From the NCBI GenBank assembly GCA_029863275.1, contig JAOTVS010000003.1, positions 18,623 through 82,622 of the forward strand: a DNA stretch of 64,000 nucleotides. The letters run 5' to 3'. Below the pieces are notes generated by a model. The model did not search any database and was not told where the DNA came from. It worked only from the letters and a program-made list of their open reading frames with translations. How positions within the stretch are numbered: position 1 is the first letter of the stretch; each line of letters opens with the position of its first letter. The translations under genes and the position numbers were made by a program. This DNA comes from Nitrosopumilus sp. Lineage in GTDB: Archaea; Thermoproteota; Nitrososphaeria; Nitrososphaerales; Nitrosopumilaceae. Of this stretch, positions 55,018-64,000 are shown piece after piece.

Positions 55018-55827
55018 TTAATTCTCCCTAGTTTTCTTTGAATCTTCTCTTGTAAATACAAACTGTCCTTTCTTTTTTTCAATATTTTGTTGAATTTCTT
55101 GCAGAATTGGTTTCATTTTCTTTTCAGCAGATTTAAAATCCTCTGATGTTATAGAAAGGCGATATTTTGGGGCTCCTAAATAGGTAATATCTATTGAAGG
55201 ATCTTTTTTTAGAACATCTAGAAGAGTTTTTTTAATAATTTCTATTCCGTTTGATGCGCTATTTGTAATTTCCATAATTCCTCTAATTTCAACTGAAGGT
55301 AATTTTATTTTAGAACATATTTCTTCAATGACACTTGCCGTTTTTTTAGATAACTTCAGTTCTTTAATAGAATCTATTCCATTTCTTCCAATTTCGATAA
55401 AAGCATCATAAACTGAATCAAATTTAGAATAAATATCATCTTCTAATTTTTCAATCTCCTTATCTGAAAGTTTAGTTTTGTCTTGAACATTTTTTAATAG
55501 AGTTTTTCCTTTTTCAAATTTTTTTACTTCTTTTAACTTGTGTTTTTTTTGATCTTTTGATACTTGTTTTAAAGAGAGATCGATATCTCCTCTTTTTTGA
55601 TTAACCTTTTTTACAAGTAAAACTTTTTTTTCATTTTCTTTTACGAATCTATTAATCGATCTAATCCAACCAGGTGCAATCTCAGAAACATGTAAAAATC
55701 CTTGGATCCCATCATATTCATCTAACGTTACATAGGCACCATGATCCATTACTTTAGTTACAGTAGCAATAACAATCTCTCCCTGCTCTGGCATCTCTTG
55801 AATTTCTGTAGACATTTCTTCTTGCAA
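55018..55827 (-). CDS. eif2a: Translation initiation factor aIF2 alpha subunit
   Basis: 269 aa. N-terminal S1 domain (GEIVIATVTKVMDHGAYVTLDEYDGIQGFLHVSEI), then helical and alpha-beta domains. Confidence 0.9.
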   Translation of the reverse strand: MQEEMSTEIQEMPEQGEIVIATVTKVMDHGAYVTLDEYDGIQGFLHVSEIAPGWIRSINRFVKENEKKVLLVKKVNQKRGDIDLSLKQVSKDQKKHKLKEVKKFEKGKTLLKNVQDKTKLSDKEIEKLEDDIYSKFDSVYDAFIEIGRNGIDSIKELKLSKKTASVIEEICSKIKLPSVEIRGIMEITNSASNGIEIIKKTLLDVLKKDPSIDITYLGAPKYRLSITSEDFKSAEKKMKPILQEIQQNIEKKKGQFVFTREDSKKTREN

Positions 55828-55855
55828 TTTATTATGCGTAATTTAATGTTGCTAG

Positions 55856-56389
55856 TTAGAAATCAATGCCTTTTTTAGCTTTTTTACCTTGCCGATATGG
55901 ATGTTTAACTTCCTTCATCTCTGTTACTAAATCTGCTATTTCAATTATTTCGTCTTTGGCATGATTTCCAGTTAAAACAAGATCTAAAGTACTAGGTTTT
56001 GATTTTATTAAATTCAAAACGTCTTCTAATTTCACTAAACCCAAATTTATTGCATAATTTACTTCATCTAGAATTATGATGTCATAATTTCCTGATTGAA
56101 TTTTGTTGATACTTATTTTTATAGCCTCATCTGCAATTCTTTTGTGCTCTTCTTTTGGGCTTTTATCATCAATTATACCCACAAATCCTTTTCCAATGGC
56201 CACCATTTCAAATTCTGGTTCCAATCTTTTTGAAGAGCTCATTTCTCCATAATGCCATGAACCTTTGATGAACTGAATCATACAAATTTTTTTGTCATAA
56301 CCTACTGCTCTTAATGCAATTCCTAAAGCAGCGGTAGTTTTTCCTTTTCCATTTCCAGTATATACAATTATTAAACCTGATTCACTCAC
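55856..56389 (-). CDS. cobO: Cob(I)yrinic acid a,c-diamide adenosyltransferase
   Basis: 177 aa. P-loop YTGNGKGKTTAALG, ILDEVNYA and EMKEVKHP motifs. Confidence 0.85.
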   Translation of the reverse strand: MSESGLIIVYTGNGKGKTTAALGIALRAVGYDKKICMIQFIKGSWHYGEMSSSKRLEPEFEMVAIGKGFVGIIDDKSPKEEHKRIADEAIKISINKIQSGNYDIIILDEVNYAINLGLVKLEDVLNLIKSKPSTLDLVLTGNHAKDEIIEIADLVTEMKEVKHPYRQGKKAKKGIDF

Positions 56390-56475
56390 AATATAATATT
56401 AATTTCTTACAGTAAAAACATTCAGATTTTTTCAAATGCATCATTTAAATAAAAAAATATACTTACACATTCAAA

Positions 56476-57831
56476 TTGAAAATTCCAAGACTTGTTTTAG
56501 CTGGTACTACTAGTGGAGTAGGAAAAACATCTATTACATGTGCCATTATCTATGCATTACAGAAAAAGGGTTTTTCTGTTCAACCCTTTAAGGTAGGACC
56601 TGATTATATTGATCCAAGTTATCTATCCTCAATATCAAAAAAAGACACATTTAATCTCGATGTTTGGTTGATGGGTAAAAATCATCTTTTAGAAAGTTTT
56701 GTTTCAAATTCAAATTCAGACATTTCAATTATTGAAGGAGTAATGGGATATTATGATGGATTTAGTGGTGACTCTAATTTTGCAAGTACTCATCATGTAG
56801 CTTCAATAACAAAATCACCAACAATCTTGGTCATAGATGCTAGTAAAGTAGCAAGATCGGTTGCTGCAACAGCTCTGGGCTTTCTTAAATTTCATAACAA
56901 CTCGCGAATAAAGGGAATTATTCTAAATAAAATTGGTAGTAAAAAACATGAGATTCTATGTAGAAAAGCCATTGAAAAGACAAAATTACCCATAATTGGA
57001 ATTGTCCCAAAAAACACTACTCTAGATTTACAATCACGACATCTAGGATTAATCCCTACCAAAGAAGATAGAACCCTTAATCAAAAAATTAAGCAAATCT
57101 CAAAAATAATTTCTAATTCAATAGATATTGAAAAAATTCTTCAAATTATAAAAACTCCTGTACCTCTAAATATTCCCAACAAAAAATTTTATAATAAATC
57201 AAAAACTACAATTGCAGTTGCACTTGATAACTCTTTCAATTTTTACTATCGTGATAATTTAGAAGCACTCAAACGAGAAGGAGCTAATCTTAGATTTTTT
57301 AGTCCAATCAATGATAAAAAATTACCCAAAGTTGATGGAATTTACATTGGAGGTGGATTTCCGGAAATTCTTGGAGAAGCTTTGGAAAAAAACCATTTTA
57401 TGAGGAAAAAAATAAAACAATTATCAGAAGATAATGTTCCTATCTACGCAGAATGTGGAGGATTAATGTACTTAACAAGATCAATTAACTATGGAAAAAA
57501 ACAAAGTAAAATGGTTGGAATTTTTGATGCAGAAACAACAATGACTAACATAATGAAATTAAATTATACTCAAGGAAATATTATAACAAAAAATATCATA
57601 TCTGATAAGAAACATTTTTTTCAAGGACACGAATTTCACTATTCAAAACTTGAGTCTGTGTCTTCTGATTCAAAATTTGCTTATGAGTTAAAAATTGGGG
57701 ATGGAATAAAAAATCATTTAGATGGCATGATCCAAAATAACACTCTTGCTTCTTTTGGTCATCTTTATTTCAATAGTTCAGATTATGCTAAAATTTTGAT
57801 AAAAAATTGTATTAGTTCATCAAGGCGTTAA
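56476..57831 (+). CDS. cbiA: Cobyrinate a,c-diamide synthase
   Basis: 451 aa. N-terminal ATPase GTTSGVGKTS...FKVGPDYIDP and C-terminal GATase with ECGGLMYL nucleophile. Confidence 0.85.
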   Translation: MKIPRLVLAGTTSGVGKTSITCAIIYALQKKGFSVQPFKVGPDYIDPSYLSSISKKDTFNLDVWLMGKNHLLESFVSNSNSDISIIEGVMGYYDGFSGDSNFASTHHVASITKSPTILVIDASKVARSVAATALGFLKFHNNSRIKGIILNKIGSKKHEILCRKAIEKTKLPIIGIVPKNTTLDLQSRHLGLIPTKEDRTLNQKIKQISKIISNSIDIEKILQIIKTPVPLNIPNKKFYNKSKTTIAVALDNSFNFYYRDNLEALKREGANLRFFSPINDKKLPKVDGIYIGGGFPEILGEALEKNHFMRKKIKQLSEDNVPIYAECGGLMYLTRSINYGKKQSKMVGIFDAETTMTNIMKLNYTQGNIITKNIISDKKHFFQGHEFHYSKLESVSSDSKFAYELKIGDGIKNHLDGMIQNNTLASFGHLYFNSSDYAKILIKNCISSSRR

Positions 57832-58485
57832 TTTTGATCGAAGTAATTTATAGAGTGCATTAACAATCGCAGATGCTGAAGCACTACCTCCTTTTCTTCC
57901 AACATTTGTAATAAATGGAACCTGTGTAATATTACAAAGTTCTTCTTTTGATTCTGGCGAAGAAATGAAACCTACTGGAATACCAATAATCAAAGATGGT
58001 CTGACAAGATTTTCCTTGATCATTTGAATTAACTCCAAAAGGGCAGTAGGAGCATTTCCAATCACAACTATCCCGCCCTCCATATCAGAAGCGGCTACTC
58101 TCATTGATACCTGAGAGCGTGTTTTTCCCTGTTTTTTAGCCAATTCCATAACTTTGGAGCTTGAAATATTACAAATTATCTTATTTTTGAAATCTTTCGG
58201 ATTTTGTTTATTCAATCCTCCAATAACGCCATTTACATCAACAACTATGTTGCAACCATTTTCTAATGCTCTAATTCCACTCTCTATTGCATTTTTGGAA
58301 AAAATTATTCTATTTTTACTAGCAAAATCAAAATCAGCAGTTGAATGAATTATTCGCCTAACAATCGGCCATTCTTTTTCATTATAATCATGATTTCCAA
58401 TTTCATTTTCAATCATTTGCATACTTGCATCTTCTATTGATTGACCCTTTTCAGTTTGCATTTTCCACCTCTTTGGCTCTTTCAA
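57820..58485 (-). CDS. cbiC: Cobalt-precorrin-8 methylmutase
   Basis: 221 aa. RIIHSTADFDF, VIGNAPTAL and GRKGGSASASA motifs. The true start may be an internal Met, because the track start overlaps cbiX by 35 nt. Confidence 0.85.
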   Translation of the reverse strand: MKEPKRWKMQTEKGQSIEDASMQMIENEIGNHDYNEKEWPIVRRIIHSTADFDFASKNRIIFSKNAIESGIRALENGCNIVVDVNGVIGGLNKQNPKDFKNKIICNISSSKVMELAKKQGKTRSQVSMRVAASDMEGGIVVIGNAPTALLELIQMIKENLVRPSLIIGIPVGFISSPESKEELCNITQVPFITNVGRKGGSASASAIVNALYKLLRSKLTP

Positions 58486-59203
58486 TAATTAAATCAATCA
58501 TTTTTTCATCTGTTCCTAAATGTTTAGTAATGAAAACTTTTTTCAAACTTGATTTTTCAAGTGCTGGTTTAAGGTCATTATTGATATCTGTTTTAACATG
58601 TGCTCCTTCATGCAAAAAATAAAAAACAATTACAAGTATTTCTGGATTATTTTTTTCACAACTTTTTATTCCTTCAAAGATATCTGGTTGTTCTATTTCC
58701 AAAAAACATCTACTTACATTTCTATATTTTTCTTTTAATCCATCTACAACATAATTTAACGACATTTGAGCGTTAGGATCTTTACTACCATGACCAATTA
58801 TCAAAACATCTATATTTTTTTTTGAATCTAAGATTTTATTTTCATCTAAAGAAGTTGATATTCTATTTTCAACCAAATTTATCAAAGTTTTATGCATACT
58901 CATTGGTTTTGTTACAACAAATTTTACCCCAGTACCTTTTTGAAATTTCATCACATCAGAAACTGCAAGTTTTACTTTTTTTCCAGGATAGAGAAAATAT
59001 GGTACAATCGTGAGTGATTCAATGCATTGCTCTAATGATTTTTTAATACCATCCTCAATATATGGAGGCTCTACCTCAAGGAAACAAAAATCTGTAAAGA
59101 TATAGTCTCCTTTGGCCTTAATCCCTGCACAAATAACTTCTAATTCTTCAGATGCCTCTCGTTCTCTACTTCCTCTATCAATTAGTAATAAGCCTCGTTT
59201 CAA
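58451..59203 (-). CDS. cbiX: Sirohydrochlorin cobaltochelatase, two-domain CbiX-type
   Basis: 250 aa, two tandem CbiX-like halves. The second half has GHGS and FLHEGAH; the first half has DRGS and FLYPGKK at the equivalent places. Confidence 0.7.
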   Translation of the reverse strand: MKRGLLLIDRGSREREASEELEVICAGIKAKGDYIFTDFCFLEVEPPYIEDGIKKSLEQCIESLTIVPYFLYPGKKVKLAVSDVMKFQKGTGVKFVVTKPMSMHKTLINLVENRISTSLDENKILDSKKNIDVLIIGHGSKDPNAQMSLNYVVDGLKEKYRNVSRCFLEIEQPDIFEGIKSCEKNNPEILVIVFYFLHEGAHVKTDINNDLKPALEKSSLKKVFITKHLGTDEKMIDLIIERAKEVENAN

Positions 59204-60249
59204 TCTAAAATCCTCGCTATTGCTATAGTTAAATTTGGTGGGAATTTTTGCTTTTCCACAACTAGTTTCCCTCCTGAAACTTTGATAGCTGCAGCTTCAG
59301 AAACACTTGAAGTGCCTTCAAATGCTTTGACCATTTCAGAAGGATTTGGTGCAGAAATTTCTGCTAATTTTTCTCTTTCTACATATTCAATTGGAATTCC
59401 CATTTCATTTCCAATATCAATCAAACCTTGAACATCTTTTAGTTTCTTTATCGAGACTAATTTTGCAATCGATTTAGGACTCAGATTATTTTTTTTAAGA
59501 CAAATATCAATACCATCTTTGATTGTTTGTTTTGATGTATCCCAATGCAAACCAATTCCTATTACTAAACTAGGTGGACGATAAATCACTGAATCCAGGA
59601 AGAACCCATCATTAATGATTTTGTCAGTTATTATTAGATATCCTTTGGATTGGGAATTTTTCAATTCCTCCAAGTTTTTATAAATTTTAACATTTTTTGG
59701 AAGTTCTTTAAACCATTTGCTATTTCCTGCATCTTGATACACTCCAATTGGTTCTTCATTTATCATATATGCACTTATTTTTGTAACTGTGGAATCATTA
59801 TCAATTTTCCATCCAAGATCTCTCCCTATAAGATCAACTGCAATAGTTTTGTTTACATCTGCAGCAGTTGTAATTACTGCTTTAGAATTTAATTTTTCTG
59901 CAATTTTTTGTGTTAATTCGTTTGCACCACCTAAATGACCAGATAAAACACTGATTACAAAATTAATTTTATCATCAATAACAATAACTGCCGGATCACT
60001 TTTTTTATCTTTCAAATGAGGAGCTATTAATCTAATTACGGCACCTAAAGAAAATAAGCAAATTAAGGCATTACTATTCTTAAATAATTCAATAATCTTT
60101 TCTGATGTAGGTTCTGAATACCAATTTAATTCCTTTCCATCTGAAAATTTTAAAGGTGCATAAATATTCCAACTAGGAAAAATTTCTTTAATTTTAGATC
60201 CTATTTCTATCCCATTTTTAGTAATGGCAAGGACTGAAATTTTTTCCAC
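59200..60249 (-). CDS. cbiG: Cobalt-precorrin-5A hydrolase
   Basis: 349 aa. CbiG-like N, middle and C domains (TTAADVN, C-terminal GTSSVSEAAA). Confidence 0.8.
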   Translation of the reverse strand: MEKISVLAITKNGIEIGSKIKEIFPSWNIYAPLKFSDGKELNWYSEPTSEKIIELFKNSNALICLFSLGAVIRLIAPHLKDKKSDPAVIVIDDKINFVISVLSGHLGGANELTQKIAEKLNSKAVITTAADVNKTIAVDLIGRDLGWKIDNDSTVTKISAYMINEEPIGVYQDAGNSKWFKELPKNVKIYKNLEELKNSQSKGYLIITDKIINDGFFLDSVIYRPPSLVIGIGLHWDTSKQTIKDGIDICLKKNNLSPKSIAKLVSIKKLKDVQGLIDIGNEMGIPIEYVEREKLAEISAPNPSEMVKAFEGTSSVSEAAAIKVSGGKLVVEKQKFPPNLTIAIARILD

Positions 60250-60286
60250 ACTACATGAACTCTAAAATTAATAAAATACCTTACTA

Positions 60287-61381
60287 CTAGGATTTTCTGG
60301 CAAGAATATTTCCATCAAAGTCAAACAAAATTACATCCAAGGAAATCTTTTCTTCTGAATGTTTTTTCATTTGTTGGTATGTTTTTTCACAAATTTGCTC
60401 GAAAAATCCAGATATTTTCTTTTCTTTAATAATTTCTGAAACATGTCTTGCAGTATTTGCTTTTTCAATTTCTTGCATTATTTTTTGACTTGCGCCAGAA
60501 TTACCTGCCAATTCTGACAAAAATTTCATATCTACCTTTGATCCCTTTACATGAGTTTGTTTTACTCCAGCGGCCATTTTTGCTAATTTACCAATAAATC
60601 CTACAACAAAGGCCTTCTTGATATTTTTTTTAGCGCATTGCTGTATTGTATATCCTGAAAAATCTCCCATTTGAACAAAACAATGGTCTGGCAAATCTAT
60701 TATTTTTTTAGCGAAATCTTCACTTCTTCCTCCAGTTGTAAGAACAACCGTATCATTTTTCATGGCAATTGCGACGTCTAGATTCTGCCTAATAGAAGCA
60801 GCATATGAAGCAGTAGAAAATGGAATAACAATTCCACTAGTCCCTAAAATGGAAATTCCATGTAATATCCCAATTCGAGGATTATCTGTTTTTGGTCCTA
60901 ATTCTTTTCCCTTTGGAACTGAAATTATTACTCGAATTCCTTTTTCTCTTAAGAGATCTCCAGCAACCTCTACAAGGTTTTCATTGATCATTTTTTTTGG
61001 AACCGGATTAATGGCAGCTTTGTTAATTTCAAGACCCAAACCAGGCTTTGTAACAATTCCAACTCCTTCTCCGCCTTCTATCTCAATTTTATTTTTCTCT
61101 TCCATCAGGGATAAATCTACAATAATTTCAGCACCATGTGTAACGTCAGGATCATCCCCACCATCTTTAATTACCGAACAACGAGCTTTGTTCTTTTCAA
61201 ATTTACAAAAATGAATTGGAATTTTTATTAAACCTCCTTTGGGTAGTTTGACATCAATGTTTTCAATTTTTTTTTGATTAATTATTGATAATAATGCAGC
61301 TTTTGCTGCTGCAGCGGCTGAAGTACCCGTTGTATATCCAGTTTTCAATTTTTTTCTATCTATTTTTTCCACGATAATCAT
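60287..61381 (-). CDS. cbiD: Cobalt-precorrin-5B C1-methyltransferase
   Basis: 364 aa. LKTGYTTGTSAAAAAKAAL N-terminus, GDDPDVTHG and ILGTSGIV motifs. Confidence 0.85.
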   Translation of the reverse strand: MIIVEKIDRKKLKTGYTTGTSAAAAAKAALLSIINQKKIENIDVKLPKGGLIKIPIHFCKFEKNKARCSVIKDGGDDPDVTHGAEIIVDLSLMEEKNKIEIEGGEGVGIVTKPGLGLEINKAAINPVPKKMINENLVEVAGDLLREKGIRVIISVPKGKELGPKTDNPRIGILHGISILGTSGIVIPFSTASYAASIRQNLDVAIAMKNDTVVLTTGGRSEDFAKKIIDLPDHCFVQMGDFSGYTIQQCAKKNIKKAFVVGFIGKLAKMAAGVKQTHVKGSKVDMKFLSELAGNSGASQKIMQEIEKANTARHVSEIIKEKKISGFFEQICEKTYQQMKKHSEEKISLDVILFDFDGNILARKS

Positions 61382-61452
61382 GGTTATTTTGATGTATTAA
61401 TTCTTGTTTCCTTTTTTTGAAATATATTTAAAATCAGAATCACTCAAGAATA

Positions 61453-62325
61453 ATGATGGAAAAAGATTTTCAAGTGGTTGTTACTGGTGCAAGTGGGTTT
61501 GTGGCTAAAAATGTTAGGAAATATCTTTCTGATGAAAATATAAAAATAATTTCGATATCAAGGAGAAATTTTAAGAAATTTAAAAATGAAACCAAAATTA
61601 TTTCCAGAAATTATGACGAAAAAATAATTCTTCCTAAAATCAAAAATTCTAATGGCTTAATACATCTAGTTGGAATAGGAAAACAATCAATTAAAAATGA
61701 TTATAATTTAATTAATGTGAAATTTACAAAAAAAATAATTAACTTATGTAAAAAAGCTAAAGTAAAAAAATTTATTTATACCAGTGGATTAGGTGTATCA
61801 AAATCAAGCTCACTTGGATATTTTATTTCAAAATACCGTGCAGAAAAACTAATAATAGAATCTGATTTGGATTATACAATTTTCAGGCCATCTTATATTG
61901 TAGGAAAAGATGATCCATTCACAAAATTATTAAAAAAACAAATCAAAAAAGGAGAAATTCAAATTCCAGGAAGTGGAAATTATTCTATTCAACCAATCTA
62001 CATTAATGATGTATCCAAAATAATATTGAAATCCCTTACGGACATTAAATTCAAAAAACAAATTCTCGATCTGGTGGGTTCTGAATCAATTTCCTTTCAA
62101 AATTATGTTAAACTTTTTTCGAGGAAAACACAAACTAAACTGAAAAAAATTAATTTAGAATCTGCTTACCATGATGCAATTACAAAACCTGGAAACCAAT
62201 TTGGTGTGGAGGATCTTAATCTTCTGATAGGAGATTTTAAAGGAGATCACAAAAAATTAAAAAAAATCTCACAAATTTCTTTTCTTTCAATTAGAGAATT
62301 ATTGGATACCAGAAAATTATTTTAA
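61453..62325 (+). CDS. NAD(P)-binding Rossmann protein (NmrA / atypical SDR / epimerase family)
   Basis: 290 aa. [13 protein letters not shown] glycine-rich fold, and Y-x3-K-like YFISKYRAE. Confidence 0.65.
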   Translation: MMEKDFQVVVTGASGFVAKNVRKYLSDENIKIISISRRNFKKFKNETKIISRNYDEKIILPKIKNSNGLIHLVGIGKQSIKNDYNLINVKFTKKIINLCKKAKVKKFIYTSGLGVSKSSSLGYFISKYRAEKLIIESDLDYTIFRPSYIVGKDDPFTKLLKKQIKKGEIQIPGSGNYSIQPIYINDVSKIILKSLTDIKFKKQILDLVGSESISFQNYVKLFSRKTQTKLKKINLESAYHDAITKPGNQFGVEDLNLLIGDFKGDHKKLKKISQISFLSIRELLDTRKLF

Positions 62326-63477
62326 TACATCTACTTTGTCAGTTTTTTCCCAACTAAATTCAGGCTCATTTCTCCCAAAATGTCCATATGCTGCAGTTTT
62401 TCTATAAATAGGCCTTTTCAAATCTAAATGTGAAATAATTCCAGAAGGTTTCATATCGAAATTCTTTCTAACTAACTCTTCTATTTCTTTTTCTGGTATT
62501 TTATTTGTTCCAAAAGCATTAACGTAAAGCGAAACTGGTTCGGCAACTCCAATAGCATAAGCTAATTGTACCTCACATCTTTCAGCTAATTCTGCAGCTA
62601 CTATATTTTTTGCAATATATCTAGCCATGTAACAAGCCGATCTATCAACTTTAGATGGGTCTTTTCCAGAAAAAGCACCTCCACCATGTCTTCCAAATCC
62701 ACCATAAGTATCAACAATTATTTTTCTTCCTGTCAAACCAGCATCTCCATGTGGGCCTCCAATCACAAATTTTCCTGTAGGATTGATGTGTATTTTAATA
62801 TCTTCACTCCAAAGATTTCCTAAAACTGGTTTGATTACTTTGTCTTTCATTTCTTTTGCAATTTCTTCTTGAGAAATTTCAGGAGAGTGCTGAGTAGAAA
62901 TTACGATTGTCTCAATTTTTGTTGGTTTATCATTTTCATATCGTACAGAAACTTGAGTTTTTCCATCTGGTCTAACCCAAGGTAAAATGTTATTTTTTCT
63001 AACCTTTGCTAATTCTTGAGCGAGTTTTTGAGAAAGTAAAATTGGCATTGGCATTAGTTCTTTTGTTTCGTTTGTTGCATATCCAAACATTAATCCTTGA
63101 TCTCCTGCCCCTTGTTCTTTTTCTTCCGTCGCAGTAACACCTTGACTAATATCTGGACTTTGAGAATGAAGTTTAAGAATTATTTCGCAGGAATCGGTAT
63201 CAAACTTCAAATCTTTATTGTTGTAGCCAATTTCTTTAATGGTTTTTCTTACAAGTTCTTCTTGCGATTTTTTATCAAAATCTGCTTTTGATGTCACTTC
63301 TCCAGCTATTGCAACAAAATCAGTTGTCACAAGCGTTTCAACAGCTACTCTTGAATCTGGATCTTGCCGAAGATATTCATCTAAAAAAGCATCTGAAATC
63401 TGATCACATATCTTATCTGGATGCCCTTCAGTTACTGATTCTGATGTAAACAGAAAATCACTAGTCATTAAAACCAC
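62317..63477 (-). CDS. metK: S-adenosylmethionine synthetase, bacterial/eukaryotic MetK type
   Basis: 386 aa. [54 protein letters not shown] and [16 protein letters not shown] are canonical MetK motifs. Confidence 0.92.
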   Translation of the reverse strand: MVLMTSDFLFTSESVTEGHPDKICDQISDAFLDEYLRQDPDSRVAVETLVTTDFVAIAGEVTSKADFDKKSQEELVRKTIKEIGYNNKDLKFDTDSCEIILKLHSQSPDISQGVTATEEKEQGAGDQGLMFGYATNETKELMPMPILLSQKLAQELAKVRKNNILPWVRPDGKTQVSVRYENDKPTKIETIVISTQHSPEISQEEIAKEMKDKVIKPVLGNLWSEDIKIHINPTGKFVIGGPHGDAGLTGRKIIVDTYGGFGRHGGGAFSGKDPSKVDRSACYMARYIAKNIVAAELAERCEVQLAYAIGVAEPVSLYVNAFGTNKIPEKEIEELVRKNFDMKPSGIISHLDLKRPIYRKTAAYGHFGRNEPEFSWEKTDKVDVLK

Positions 63478-63483
63478 TAAATA

Positions 63484-63726
63484 CTAGAGTTCATTTTCAA
63501 TTTTGATAAATAGGACATTGTTACCCCTAACTATTACTCTACCATAGTTAGCAATCATTTTACCACCAAGATGTTCTTCTGCATCAGTCATAATTAGATT
63601 CATATAAGAATCAACATTATCCATTTTTCCTTTATACTCTACCTCATTTTTTAGTCTGACAATAACTTTCTTCTTCGTACTTTTTTGAAGCATGGTTAAT
63701 GGTCTTTTTGGGGAAGTTTGTGACAC
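63484..63726 (-). CDS. Sm-like (LSm) RNA-binding protein
   Basis: 80 aa. Sm1/Sm2 pattern VIVRLKNEVEYKGKMDNVDSYMNLIMTDAEE...VIVRGNNVLFI. Confidence 0.85.
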   Translation of the reverse strand: MSQTSPKRPLTMLQKSTKKKVIVRLKNEVEYKGKMDNVDSYMNLIMTDAEEHLGGKMIANYGRVIVRGNNVLFIKIENEL

Positions 63727-63835
63727 TAATTATTCACTTAATTTGGCATCGCTGTTTTCTTGAATAAAAGCCTTGCCTCTTTGCGAATTCAGGAAATTCT
63801 TTAAATTTTTTCTCCATTTTTATATAATTAACTAA

Positions 63836-64000
63836 ATGATTTCTACTGGTTTACAAAAATTAGATGAATTTCTATCTGGGGGAATTCCATCCAGCTCAAT
63901 TACGGATATTTTTGGTGCAAATGGAACAGGAAAAACACAGTTACTGTTACAAATTTCAATCAATGCCATAAAACAAGGTGGAAGTGTTCTTTACTATGAT
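63836..64000 (+). CDS. RecA-superfamily ATPase, RadB/RadA-paralog-like (N-terminal fragment, runs off window)
   Basis: Not in the track. My translation from ATG 63836: MISTGLQKLDEFLSGGIPSSSITDIFGANGTGKTQLLLQISINAIKQGGSVLYYD. It contains a Walker A motif (GANGTGKT). Confidence 0.55.
   Translation, partial: MISTGLQKLDEFLSGGIPSSSITDIFGANGTGKTQLLLQISINAIKQGGSVLYYD

Noticed and set aside
55017-55082. N-terminal 22-aa extension of the Nop10 ORF (MKKRKDSLYLQEKIQRKLGRIN).
   Set aside because: It lies entirely inside the aIF2-alpha coding region in another frame. Nop10 proteins are about 50-60 aa and begin just before the RKC zinc-ribbon motif.
1-64000. Scan for CRISPR arrays, transposases, integrases, phage genes, toxin-antitoxin pairs or classical defence genes.
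   Set aside because: No regularly spaced repeats and no recognisable mobile-element or defence protein motifs in any listed ORF. The PIN and Mut7-C domain genes sit in conserved housekeeping contexts rather than TA-like pairs.

Overview
AT-rich, gene-dense chromosomal segment that reads as a marine ammonia-oxidising thaumarchaeon (Nitrosopumilus-like). This assignment comes from gene content only; no search was run. Archaeal and eukaryote-like information-processing genes are present: TFB, PriL/PriS primase, aIF2 alpha and gamma, ribosomal protein S6e, Nop10, an LSm protein, CDC48, a GPN-loop GTPase and an NFACT/Rqc2 homolog. There are two Cdv-type ESCRT-III (CdvB/Snf7) paralogs. Metabolic blocks: (1) anaerobic-type cobalamin synthesis in two clusters (cbiT-cbiL-cbiF at 37.6-39.7 kb; cobO, cbiA, cbiC, cbiX, cbiG, cbiD at 55.9-61.4 kb); (2) sulfate activation and reduction split into cysC/cysQ (11.7-13.0 kb) and cysH-sat (29.2-31.1 kb); (3) preQ0/archaeosine precursor genes queE-folE-queC (19.9-22.2 kb); (4) both aconitase-X subunits (phosphomevalonate dehydratase of the archaeal mevalonate pathway); (5) etfBA plus a type II NADH dehydrogenase. 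One tRNA, tRNA-Gly(CCC), is present. I saw no rRNA, CRISPR array, transposase, integrase or obvious defence island, so most of the window is ordinary core genome. Items worth a second look: a GC-rich, multi-helix candidate structured RNA right after a stop codon (about 14.32-14.46 kb, minus strand); a 1.1 kb ORF-free gap holding a decayed secreted-protein gene (16.2-17.3 kb); next to it an uncharacterised operon (soluble wHTH, membrane-anchored wHTH protein with an extracytoplasmic domain, secreted coiled-coil protein, small membrane protein) preceded by a perfect tandem 12-mer; a glutamate-racemase homolog with both catalytic Cys replaced by Ser; an overlapping NFACT/Mut7-C nuclease/AMMECR1 gene trio; and two unlisted mini zinc-ribbon ORFs. 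All functional calls rest on motif and family recognition by eye from the supplied translations.
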